This document shows, piece after piece, positions 48,196 through 56,860 of a stretch of DNA of 64,000 nt. This DNA comes from an uncultured Gammaproteobacteria bacterium (GTDB lineage Bacteria; Patescibacteriota; Microgenomatia; UBA8517). The stretch is taken from positions 10,413 to 74,412 of the forward strand of contig CAYSJW010000009.1 in the NCBI GenBank assembly GCA_964431555.1, in the 5' to 3' direction. A program made the position numbers and the translations under genes. The notes beneath the pieces were generated by a model. The model saw nothing but the letters and a program-made list of their open reading frames with translations, ran no database searches and had not been told where the DNA came from. Positions within the stretch are counted from its first letter, which is position 1, and the number at the start of each line of letters is the position of its first letter.

Positions 48196-48624
48196 CTATT
48201 TTGAATTTTCATCTAAAATTTTATTTACTAAATAATCAGCTATTCTATTTTTTTCTCTAGATATTAAATAAAAGTTAATAGGTATCTTTAAATTCTTAAT
48301 AACACTTTTGACCTCATTATATAAAGGAAAAAGTTTTTTACTTTTAATTCGGTACTTGCCCGTTATTTGGCTAAAAACTAGTTCAGAATCAATAAAAAAA
48401 TTAATAGAAAAGTTATTAGTAAAATAATTCATATTTGATTTTATCCAATTCAACGCATTTATTACACCATAATACTCTGACTCATTGTTGGTCTTAATTC
48501 CTAGATACTGGGAATTTTTAAAAATAACCTTGCCGTCTTTTATTACTACAAAAGCACAACTAGAAAAACCGGGGTTTCCTCTCGATCCTCCGTCCGAATA
48601 TATTTTAAAAACATTTTTATCCAT
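48196..48624 (-). CDS. rnhA: Ribonuclease HI-family protein
   Basis: DGGSRGNPG, TNNESEY, DSELV, REKNRIAD. Confidence 0.92.
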   Translation of the reverse strand: MDKNVFKIYSDGGSRGNPGFSSCAFVVIKDGKVIFKNSQYLGIKTNNESEYYGVINALNWIKSNMNYFTNNFSINFFIDSELVFSQITGKYRIKSKKLFPLYNEVKSVIKNLKIPINFYLISREKNRIADYLVNKILDENSK

Positions 48625-49106
48625 CAAGATTTTGAAGAAATTATAAGACAGCGTTCTTTACCCTCCCCTCGGGACTCTGTCTTTATACGAGGGTTTTCAG
48701 AAAGATAAAGATGTATGATTCTTCTTTGAGATGATGAAAGATTATACAAGTACTGTGGTTTACCTGTTTCTTCTGCGCGTTTTGCAGTAACTTCAGCCAA
48801 ACTTTCAAGTCTCCTTTTTTCCTGATTCCTCCAACCAGAAACGTCTATAATAACTCTTCTCCATTTTTTAAATTTATTATTTAAAATAACACCAATAATC
48901 AATTGAAGAGAATTAAGTACTTTACCTCTGTTTCCAATCAATAAACCTGCATCTCTTTCCACATTAATATTAATTATTAAATCATCGCTAGCCTCGTCAA
49001 TTTCAGTAACTATTTCCGGCTTTACATCAAGAAAATTCAATAAATCTCCAACTATTTGTGTAGCTAGTTCTTTTTCCTTATCTGCGTTTTCTTTATCAGA
49101 ACTCAT
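48624..49106 (-). CDS. jag: Jag/KhpB-like KH + R3H RNA-binding protein
   Basis: GLLIGNRGKVLNSLQ, RRIIH, TESRGEG; position next to yidC. Confidence 0.9.
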   Translation of the reverse strand: MSSDKENADKEKELATQIVGDLLNFLDVKPEIVTEIDEASDDLIININVERDAGLLIGNRGKVLNSLQLIIGVILNNKFKKWRRVIIDVSGWRNQEKRRLESLAEVTAKRAEETGKPQYLYNLSSSQRRIIHLYLSENPRIKTESRGEGKERCLIISSKS

Positions 49107-49921
49107 AATTTTTTACTATGAAAATTTATCTTTTCAAGATATGGTGTTAGTTCACCCCATCCTTGGTTTTTTACCTGTTGATAAACTTGAGTCAAAGAAA
49201 AAACCAACCAATAAATTGCTAATCCTGATGCGAATTTCATCCCAATCAAAAGAGTAAATAAGGGAAAAGTGTAAATCATTGATTTTTGCATTGCTATCTG
49301 AAAATCATCAGTCTTTTCTAAAGTCTTATTTGCAATTTTTTCTTCTAATTTTGTGTATGGAGAACTTATTTTAGCCGATAAAAATTGTACCAAAGCTGTG
49401 AAAATCAAAACAGGTCCAGGAATAGAAAATGGAATAAATGGAAAGTTAAATACATCTGGTTTAGTTACATCCAAATACAAAAATTTTGTATTCAAAACAC
49501 TATCAGTCGAAAATTTTAATGGTTCATAAAGTAATTGGTTAAACTGCAATATTGCATCTCCGTTTGGAGAAAGTACTTTCATAAACACATTAAAAAATGC
49601 TATTAAAACAATTATTTGTAAAATATATGGTAAACAACCAGCACCGGGATTAACTCCCTTTTCTTTATAAAAATCTGCCTGTGCTTGTGCAAGTTTAACT
49701 TTGTCATCTTTATATTTTTTTTTAAGTTTTTCTAATTGAGGAGCTACTTCTTTCAATTTCTTCATTGATTCCAAATAAGGTTTTGTTAACGGACTTAAAA
49801 TTAATCGCAGAAAGAGACTAAATGCTATTATTGCTAATCCCATATTTCCCCACAAGACTTTATAAAAGAAGACTAGTCCATTTGCCAAAGGTTTGATTAG
49901 TAATAATGAAAAAATGTCCAT
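49103..49921 (-). CDS. yidC: Membrane protein insertase YidC
   Basis: GLAII, NPGAGCLP..LQ, SGLAIYW; oriC synteny. Confidence 0.95.
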   Translation of the reverse strand: MDIFSLLLIKPLANGLVFFYKVLWGNMGLAIIAFSLFLRLILSPLTKPYLESMKKLKEVAPQLEKLKKKYKDDKVKLAQAQADFYKEKGVNPGAGCLPYILQIIVLIAFFNVFMKVLSPNGDAILQFNQLLYEPLKFSTDSVLNTKFLYLDVTKPDVFNFPFIPFSIPGPVLIFTALVQFLSAKISSPYTKLEEKIANKTLEKTDDFQIAMQKSMIYTFPLFTLLIGMKFASGLAIYWLVFSLTQVYQQVKNQGWGELTPYLEKINFHSKKL

Positions 49922-49933
49922 AAATTATTATTT

Positions 49934-50143
49934 TTAAATTTTATAATTTAAATAGGAATTACAACCTAAAATTCTTTTAACACTTAGCAAAACTCCCCTT
50001 AAAACTCCATATTTGTTAATTACTTCTTCCGAATATTCACTACATGTTGGTCTAAAACGACAATTACTTGGCAAATAAAGATTTAGATAAGGCTTTAATA
50101 CTTTCCTATAAAACCATATTAAGAATAAAATTATTCTTTTCAT
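49934..50143 (-). CDS. yidD: Membrane protein insertion efficiency factor YidD
   Basis: CRFRPTCSEY, KRILGCN. Confidence 0.93.
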   Translation of the reverse strand: MKRIILFLIWFYRKVLKPYLNLYLPSNCRFRPTCSEYSEEVINKYGVLRGVLLSVKRILGCNSYLNYKI

Positions 50144-50150
50144 ATTTTGT

Positions 50151-50498
50151 TCATTTATAATTGTTTTTAAAGTTTATAAAAAATTCCTGAACTTCCTTCA
50201 TAATTTCATCAGTGGATTTGCTTACAATACTCTTCTTAGCTAAAAGAACGAAATCCAAACCAACCGGAATTATACCAATATTCCTTCTAACAGATTCACT
50301 CATGGCTCTTTTAACCCTGTTTCTGTTTATAGCAAGTCTTGATATCTTTTTAGAAACTACAAAAGCAAATTTTGGAATATCTAAATCCTCCCTTTTTCTA
50401 AAAAAAACTCCAAAGTTTTCCGACTGAACCTTTCTACCATTCTTCAAAATATCCTCAATCTTCTTTTGTCCTTTCAAAGAATATATTTGTGCAAGCAT
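50151..50498 (-). CDS. rnpA: Ribonuclease P protein component
   Basis: FAFVVSKKI..AINRNRVKR. Confidence 0.95.
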   Translation of the reverse strand: MLAQIYSLKGQKKIEDILKNGRKVQSENFGVFFRKREDLDIPKFAFVVSKKISRLAINRNRVKRAMSESVRRNIGIIPVGLDFVLLAKKSIVSKSTDEIMKEVQEFFINFKNNYK

Positions 50499-50501
50499 GG
50501 T

Positions 50502-50636
50502 TTAAACCAGTCTCTTTCTTTTTCTTAATATCCTTCTTTTAATAACCTTCTTTCTCCTTTTATCTTTAGATCTTGACCTAAAACCATGAACTCTTGCTCT
50601 CTTGATTCGACTTGGTTTGTAAGTCCTTTTTGGCAT
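50502..50636 (-). CDS. rpmH: 50S ribosomal protein L34 (44 aa; not in the ORF track)
   Basis: MPKRTYKPSRIKRARVHGFRSRSKDKRRKKVIKRRILRKRKRLV; sits between rnpA and dnaA. Confidence 0.95.
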   Translation of the reverse strand: MPKRTYKPSRIKRARVHGFRSRSKDKRRKKVIKRRILRKRKRLV

Positions 50637-50750
50637 AAGCTTTTAAATCAACTTACTTATAATACAGAAGAATTTTAAAATTTTCCATACCTTGAAAATA
50701 TCAAAATAACATACATCCTTTTAAATTACCAATTTTGGGGATTGACTTAA

Positions 50751-50759
50751 TGTGGATAA
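50751..50759 (-). promoter_or_regulatory. Perfect DnaA box upstream of dnaA
   Basis: TGTGGATAA. Confidence 0.8.
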
Positions 50760-50821
50760 CTTTTTTATTATGCATTTGCCCTTCAAACAGTTTACTGCCC
50801 TTCAATATTATTGTTGATAGT

Positions 50822-52192
50822 ATGAACGAACTAAATACAAAAAAAATTTGGCATGATGTATTAGAAACAATTAAAATTAATGTTTCACCCGCAAATTTTA
50901 CAACATGGTTTAAACAAACCCACCTAATAAGTTTAAAAAATCAGGATGGAAGGTATATAGCAGAAATTGGTTGTTCTTCTCCTTTTACTAAAAATACAAT
51001 CGAAACCAGATATTTTGGCTTGATTCAAGATAACCTAACAAAATCACTAAACTCCAGTTGTGATCTTATCTTCACAGTAAAATCTAGCTCTGAATATGAA
51101 GGTGATAAAGAAAAAAAACCTACCCCTCTTTTTGAAAACTATCCAGATAAGGAAAATCTTTTTGATAGTTTAATAAGAGCGGGTATAAGAATCGGTTTTA
51201 CTTTTGAAAATTTTGCCGTTTCTTCATCCAACCAAATGGCTTGGGCAGCGGCAGAAGCTGTTACAAAAAATATTGGAAAAGCATATAATCCCTTGTTTAT
51301 TTGGGGAGGGGTCGGAGTCGGAAAAACTCATCTTATGAGCGCCGTGGGACACAGGGCACTGGAACAAGATCCTAATACACCAGTTTTATTTTGCACAGGC
51401 GAACAATTTACAAATGATATTGTTGAGGGTATTAGAAATAAAAACACCCCTGCAGTAAGAAATAAATACAGGAAACTTAAAATTCTTCTTATTGACGATA
51501 TTCAATTTATTGCGGGAAAAGACGCTGTACAAGAAGAATTTTTCCACACCTTTAATGCACTTGTTTTCGCTGGCGCCCAAATAATACTAACTTCAGATAA
51601 ACCTCCATCTGATATTCCAAAACTTGAAGAGAGGTTAAGAAGTCGTTTTGAAGCTGGTTTAATTGTAGATATTGCACCACCTGATTTTGAGCTTAGATGC
51701 GCCATAACCCAGATAAAAGCGCAGGAAAAAAATATACCTTTAGAAATGGATCTTATACATCTAATTGCTGGTAATTTAGAATCTGCAAGAAAAATAGAAG
51801 GATTTTTAACAAAACTCTTGTCTGAAACTACAACCAAAAAAATCAGCCCCACTAAAGAAATTGTCGAAAATCTTTTGGGTAAAAAAGGAGAAAACGATAT
51901 TAAACTTTTAAAAGCAACTCCTAATGATATTCTTTCAGCGGTTTCCAAATACTATTCGCTGGGGAAAAGGTCTCTTTTAGGTAATATAAGAGCAAGATCT
52001 ATTGCGCGACCAAGACAAATTTTAATGTATCTATTAAGAAAGGAGTTGTCTTTACCTTACAAAGAAATTGGAAGATTAATTGGAGGGCGTGACCATACAA
52101 CTGTAATGCACGCTGTGGAAAAAATAACAAATTTAGTTTCAACCTCTATGCAAGTAAGGGAGGATTTAAGGGGGATAAAAAATATGATATGA
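50822..52192 (+). CDS. dnaA: Chromosomal replication initiator DnaA
   Basis: YNPLFIWGGVGVGKTHL, IDDIQF, RSRFEAGL, GGRDHTTVMHA; ATG 50822 preferred. Confidence 0.98.
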   Translation: MNELNTKKIWHDVLETIKINVSPANFTTWFKQTHLISLKNQDGRYIAEIGCSSPFTKNTIETRYFGLIQDNLTKSLNSSCDLIFTVKSSSEYEGDKEKKPTPLFENYPDKENLFDSLIRAGIRIGFTFENFAVSSSNQMAWAAAEAVTKNIGKAYNPLFIWGGVGVGKTHLMSAVGHRALEQDPNTPVLFCTGEQFTNDIVEGIRNKNTPAVRNKYRKLKILLIDDIQFIAGKDAVQEEFFHTFNALVFAGAQIILTSDKPPSDIPKLEERLRSRFEAGLIVDIAPPDFELRCAITQIKAQEKNIPLEMDLIHLIAGNLESARKIEGFLTKLLSETTTKKISPTKEIVENLLGKKGENDIKLLKATPNDILSAVSKYYSLGKRSLLGNIRARSIARPRQILMYLLRKELSLPYKEIGRLIGGRDHTTVMHAVEKITNLVSTSMQVREDLRGIKNMI

Positions 52193-52392
52193 GGATAAAA
52201 TTTATAAATTTTTACACTTATCCACAAAAATACTTTTTTCATCCACACATTTTTCTACATTTTAACAAGGCTAATAATCACATTAAGTTTTATCTTCAAT
52301 TAATTTCAGATTTACACATATCTACATTTTCTACTACTAGAACTACTAATTAAAATATGATAAAAATGCACATAACAAATACTTAATCACAT
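52114..52392. other. Replication origin oriC (dnaA-dnaN gap) with DnaA boxes and DnaA-trios
   Basis: TGTGGAAAA 52114-22, TGAGGATAA 52190-98, TTATCCACA 52218-26, TCATCCACA 52239-47, ATTTACACA 52310-18, then CTACTACTAGAACTACTA 52331-48; strand skew flips here. Confidence 0.88.
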
Positions 52393-53502
52393 ATGAAAGT
52401 CCAAGTATTACAGGAAAATTTTCTAAAAGCACTTAATATCTGTTCAAGATTTGTTAGTTCAAGAGTACAACTTCCCGTACTTGCCAATATACTTTTAAAA
52501 ACAAATAAAAACAAACTTTCTCTCTCTGCAACAAACTTGGAAAACTCTGTGGTTATAAGCATTGGGGCTAAGGTTATTAAAGAGGGTGAAATAACTATTC
52601 CTTCAAGGATAATTACCGAAACAATTTCCAATTTAGATGTAGGTACAATTGATCTCGAAGTAGAAAAAGAGATATTAAAAATTAAGACAAATAACTTTGA
52701 ATCTAATATTTCAGGTCTTAATTCTTCGGATTTTCCCAGTATTCCATCTGAAATTGGAATAAATAATTTTGAAGTAGAAAGTGACGGTTTTTTGGATGCA
52801 TTAAATTCTGTTTTATTTTCTGTCTCTTCTGATGAGACAAGACCTGTTTTAACTGGGGTCTTATTAATAATAGGAAAAGAACATATAACTTTAGTTGCAA
52901 CAGATGGTTTTCGTTTATCTCAAAAAAAGATAAAAAATAAGGGTATTAAAGAAGAAATTAAATTTATTTTGCCTAAAAGTATTTTATCTGAGCTTGTTAG
53001 GGTAAGTACTTCTGAGAAAATTGTCGTCTCCTACAAAAAAAATGAGAACCAAATTATTTTTGGTCTAGATGATATAATTTTAAGTTCAAGAATAATAGAA
53101 GGGGAATTTCCAGATTTTGAAAGGATAATTCCTAAAAATACAAAATTTAAAGTAAATTTGGATAGGGAGGATTTTTTAAGGTCCGTTAAATTAGCTGGAG
53201 TTTTTGCTAGAGACTCAGCAAATGTTGTTAAATTGAGAATTTTAAAAGATATTGTTCAAGTGTTGGCTGAAAGTAGTCAATCAGGAAGTCAGAAGAGAGA
53301 ATTGGAAGCTAAAATAGAGAAAGACAATTCAGATACTTTTACTATTGCGTTTAATTACAGATTTTTAGAGGACTTTTTAAGTGTGATAAAAGGTGAGGTT
53401 GTGAGAATGGAATTTTCAGATCCCAATGCTCCATCTTTATTTTTAGACGAGAAAGACAGTGATTTTTTACACATAATTATGCCGGTAAGACTTCAGGTAT
53501 AA
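52393..53502 (+). CDS. dnaN: DNA polymerase III beta sliding clamp
   Basis: SATNLE, RPVLTGV, VATDGFRL, GEFPDF, IMPVR. Confidence 0.98.
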   Translation: MKVQVLQENFLKALNICSRFVSSRVQLPVLANILLKTNKNKLSLSATNLENSVVISIGAKVIKEGEITIPSRIITETISNLDVGTIDLEVEKEILKIKTNNFESNISGLNSSDFPSIPSEIGINNFEVESDGFLDALNSVLFSVSSDETRPVLTGVLLIIGKEHITLVATDGFRLSQKKIKNKGIKEEIKFILPKSILSELVRVSTSEKIVVSYKKNENQIIFGLDDIILSSRIIEGEFPDFERIIPKNTKFKVNLDREDFLRSVKLAGVFARDSANVVKLRILKDIVQVLAESSQSGSQKRELEAKIEKDNSDTFTIAFNYRFLEDFLSVIKGEVVRMEFSDPNAPSLFLDEKDSDFLHIIMPVRLQV

Positions 53503-53504
53503 AC

Positions 53505-54230
53505 TTAAATAACAAAATATTTAATATTTTTTGTATCTACTCCAATAGCCTCTAGATCGTTCAAAGCTTTATTTAAAATATTTTGTTTTTCTTCTGATGA
53601 AATATTTTGATTATTCAATTTGATTCTAAACGCATTTTGTTCGAAACTATAAACTATAGAATATTCTTCTTTGACGATTGGTAATTTTTTATTCCAGGGA
53701 TACTCTTTATCTGTCTTTTTCTGGGCTTCTCCTACAGTAATGGCGTCTTCAACTAATTGTTTAGTTTGTTGATTGAGTTGGTTAATAGAGAGAGGATTTG
53801 TATAGAAAGAAAAATTATATATAGTTTCTTTGTTATAAAAAACACTTATTGTGTATTTTGTTGAAGTTTTATAAGAAGTTAAATTTTTTATTTTAAGTAG
53901 GGTATTTTTTTCCCATACTTTTTCAAAATCTATTGTGGGATTGAATATTATTTCAATGGAATTTTTTTCGTTATCATTTAAATTTCTGTTAAAAGTAATT
54001 TCTATAATTTGATCATCAAGTACGTATTTTTGATTATTTGAGGGCAAGGTTTTAATTACCTTAATGGTTTGATCGATTATAGTAGGTGTAATATTAATTC
54101 CTTTTTTTGATTCTTCTTTATAGGGTCTTTGTTTTAGGGAGATAAATAAATAAATACCAATAATAAACATAAAAATCCATAAAATTATAAAAAATCTCTT
54201 TCTTTTTAAAATTGATTCAAATATATTCAT
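53505..54230 (-). CDS. Membrane-anchored Ig-like (Big_5-type) domain protein
   Basis: N-terminal TM; P.NN..V....IEITFN....YTI pattern. Confidence 0.7.
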   Translation of the reverse strand: MNIFESILKRKRFFIILWIFMFIIGIYLFISLKQRPYKEESKKGINITPTIIDQTIKVIKTLPSNNQKYVLDDQIIEITFNRNLNDNEKNSIEIIFNPTIDFEKVWEKNTLLKIKNLTSYKTSTKYTISVFYNKETIYNFSFYTNPLSINQLNQQTKQLVEDAITVGEAQKKTDKEYPWNKKLPIVKEEYSIVYSFEQNAFRIKLNNQNISSEEKQNILNKALNDLEAIGVDTKNIKYFVI

Positions 54231-54235
54231 GTATT

Positions 54236-56836
54236 TTATGGTATACCAAAACCCACTACCCTTGCCCAGGAAAGGTTTTCTACCCCGACTCCATCGTTTT
54301 CAAATATTAAGTAACCATCTTTATATCCAGAGTTTGCTTGTACAAAAACTATGGCCTGTTTCTCTATAACATGATGGACAATAGCAACATGATTTGTTCT
54401 TAGTGGCCCACCATATACATAAAAAAATATAATACTTCCGGTAGGTATGTTTTTTGAAGTGGCTTGTGACGCGTCTATAAAACGCCCGTTATTTCTAAAC
54501 CAATTTTCTAGGATATTAGACATATAGTATTCTGGAATTTCATGTCCGGTCTCTTTCCAAGAAATCACTGCCAGTTGTGTACACCAGAAAAGGTTTCTAG
54601 CCTCGTTGGATACTTGATCTCTGGTTGGGTTAGGATTGACTGCGAATAATTCTTCATTGAAAAGTTGAGGATAACTTGGTGGATAATAAATTTCGTCTCT
54701 CGGAAAACCACCCAGTAACTGATTTAATTTTTCTGAATCATCAGGAGATCTGTTCCAGAAACACCAAAATCCCTGATAAAGGTCTGCTGTAATTTCCCAA
54801 GCTCTCTTGGCAATCCCGGTTGCGCCATTATTATCAAAGGAAATAGAACCCTTTTCGTAAGTACATTCGACTGGAAATTGTCCAAACCCTGCAGGAAAAT
54901 CTGCTCTTTCGAAACCACCGAAAGGAACCACAAATGCACTATTGTTAATGATTATTAGAATAAAAATTACCAAAAAAAGAAATGTAATAATACTAATAAT
55001 AACTGGAATACTTATTGTTATTACAATACTTGCAATTACAGCAGATAAAAATGCTGGTATACCAGCTATTACACTTGCAATTGATCTTAAACCCAATGTT
55101 GTTAAAAATATTCCGCCTGAAATAAGTGCAGGAACTACTGAACCTATTGCCAAAAATGCAACCATTGCGATTCCAGAAATTTCTTTAAGTTGCGATTTTA
55201 AATCTTCCTTGCCTGTTATAAACTTAAGTATTCCGCGAAAGATTTTGGTTAAAAACTTTAAAATTTTTGGAAGAATGTCAGTAATTATAGTAATTATAAG
55301 GGCGATGATATTTCCAATAATGGGCACTAAAGTTCCTAAGGCTTGTGCTACTGTTGTAATTCCTGCTTTAGCGGCGATTTTACTTCCTTGTTTGATTAGT
55401 TCTTTGCCGGCCTTTTTTAATGATTCTGTAATGATTTTTTTAGCCGCGTCTTTAGCCACAGATATACCTGTTTTTTCTAAAAGTTTTCCAGCCTTTTCTT
55501 TAACAAAATCAACTCCTTTATCAAAAAGGGGCTTAAGAAATCCATTATCTCCGGTTTGAAGAGAGATCTGGTTGGGTTTTTCTGCAGTTTGCGGAGAATC
55601 GGTGGCGGCAGGCTGTATTGTTATTGATACATTTGGTATTCCTGCTTCTTTCCTGAATGCGTATGCCAATTCGGGATTTGATTTTTGTAAAGTTTTCAGG
55701 ATCCACGCCGAAAGCTGTAAGTCTTTTTCTTGCTGTTGTGTTATTAAATTGTTTTTAGCAACTCGATCGACTTCATTGGAGAATTGTTGAGCGTCAACTC
55801 CCAAAGGTAAAAGGTGTTTTGTTGCAACTTCGGCACTAGCTGATAGTTGTTCCGATGTGGTTCCCGGGGGAATTACCCCTTCGCTTATCAATAACGCTGT
55901 TTCTTCGGGTGTAAAGGAAATTTTACCAGTTCCGTCGATTACTTTTTCCCTGAAATTGATAGTTATCTGGGAAGGTTCGATAGCAGGAATAGTTGGAGTT
56001 GTAGTAATTATAATATTTTGCTGTGTTTCCATAGATTTTGATCTTTTTCTTTGTTTTCTTTCTGCCTTAAGCTGTTTTTCGTCAAGCTCCTCGGCATAAG
56101 CCCTATTTATATTCGACCACCTTTCCTGCCTGATGTTATATTCTTTTATTTCTTCCGGTGTTAATTCATCTTTATCTTTGCCTAGTTGTTGAAGATATCT
56201 TTCAGGGTCATATTTACGCACTTGCACCAAATACGCGGTTCTTAAATCTAGTTGTGTTGCACCGGGGGTTACCCCCAGAAGTTTCCAATTCTCACCGTGA
56301 TTGATCGGCCCGGCTTTTTTGCCTATCCACTTTTTTTGTTTACGGTCGAGCGTGTCTTTCCATTCGTCCTGACGCTTATATCTTAAGTGTTCGTGATAAT
56401 GATCTCTTCTGGTTTCGTCCCCGAGAACCTTGTGGGCTTTTTCTAAATAATAAAGAGTAGTTTTAGCACTTGCGAGACGTTTTTTAATTTCCGATTCGGA
56501 AAGTCCTTGTTCTCTTAGTTTTTTTTCTAAAACATCCGGTTGAAGTGATGCCTTTCTTTTTTTATAAGCTTCTTCGATCTCTTTTTGCGTTGCGTTTTCA
56601 TCTAATCCAAGCAGATCGTAGTAATCAGGCTCTTCGGGAAGTTGTCCGACACTTACAGAGTTGGCCTTACGAAGCCGGGCTTGAAGAACCTCGTATGCCA
56701 ATTCAACGCGCATACCAAGCGGGATTTTGGGATCAATAAGTGCTCCCTCAGAGGTTATTACAAAAGCTCTGGTACACAACTCCTCATAATCAAGATTTTT
56801 AGCCTGTACTAGTAATTTTCTTGCTTCATCACTCAT
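54236..56836 (-). CDS. Multidomain protein: two J-like domains, TM region, C-terminal CHAP-like amidase domain
   Basis: DYYDLLGL..AT..EI..AY..QPD; NWKLLGV..AT..AY..DPE; hydrophobic aa ~490-630; WCTQL, HVAIV, QAN, GFG. Confidence 0.75.
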   Translation of the reverse strand: MSDEARKLLVQAKNLDYEELCTRAFVITSEGALIDPKIPLGMRVELAYEVLQARLRKANSVSVGQLPEEPDYYDLLGLDENATQKEIEEAYKKRKASLQPDVLEKKLREQGLSESEIKKRLASAKTTLYYLEKAHKVLGDETRRDHYHEHLRYKRQDEWKDTLDRKQKKWIGKKAGPINHGENWKLLGVTPGATQLDLRTAYLVQVRKYDPERYLQQLGKDKDELTPEEIKEYNIRQERWSNINRAYAEELDEKQLKAERKQRKRSKSMETQQNIIITTTPTIPAIEPSQITINFREKVIDGTGKISFTPEETALLISEGVIPPGTTSEQLSASAEVATKHLLPLGVDAQQFSNEVDRVAKNNLITQQQEKDLQLSAWILKTLQKSNPELAYAFRKEAGIPNVSITIQPAATDSPQTAEKPNQISLQTGDNGFLKPLFDKGVDFVKEKAGKLLEKTGISVAKDAAKKIITESLKKAGKELIKQGSKIAAKAGITTVAQALGTLVPIIGNIIALIITIITDILPKILKFLTKIFRGILKFITGKEDLKSQLKEISGIAMVAFLAIGSVVPALISGGIFLTTLGLRSIASVIAGIPAFLSAVIASIVITISIPVIISIITFLFLVIFILIIINNSAFVVPFGGFERADFPAGFGQFPVECTYEKGSISFDNNGATGIAKRAWEITADLYQGFWCFWNRSPDDSEKLNQLLGGFPRDEIYYPPSYPQLFNEELFAVNPNPTRDQVSNEARNLFWCTQLAVISWKETGHEIPEYYMSNILENWFRNNGRFIDASQATSKNIPTGSIIFFYVYGGPLRTNHVAIVHHVIEKQAIVFVQANSGYKDGYLIFENDGVGVENLSWARVVGFGIP

Positions 56837-56860
56837 TTTTCCTAATTTAATATTACACCA

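Noticed and set aside
48182-48197. parS-like site TTTCTAACGTGAAACT near oriC
   Set aside because: Only 12/16 matches to TGTTTCACGTGAAACA with one good half-site, a single copy, and no parAB in the window.
50735-50821. 29-aa N-terminal extension of DnaA from the TTG start
   Set aside because: The region holds a DnaA box and promoter-like sequence; DnaA domain I begins at ATG 50822.
54942-55559. 205-aa plus-strand ORF and similar antisense ORFs (8796, 16616, 38503, 51502, 63637)
   Set aside because: Mirror frames of real genes on the opposite strand, with no motifs or initiation signals.
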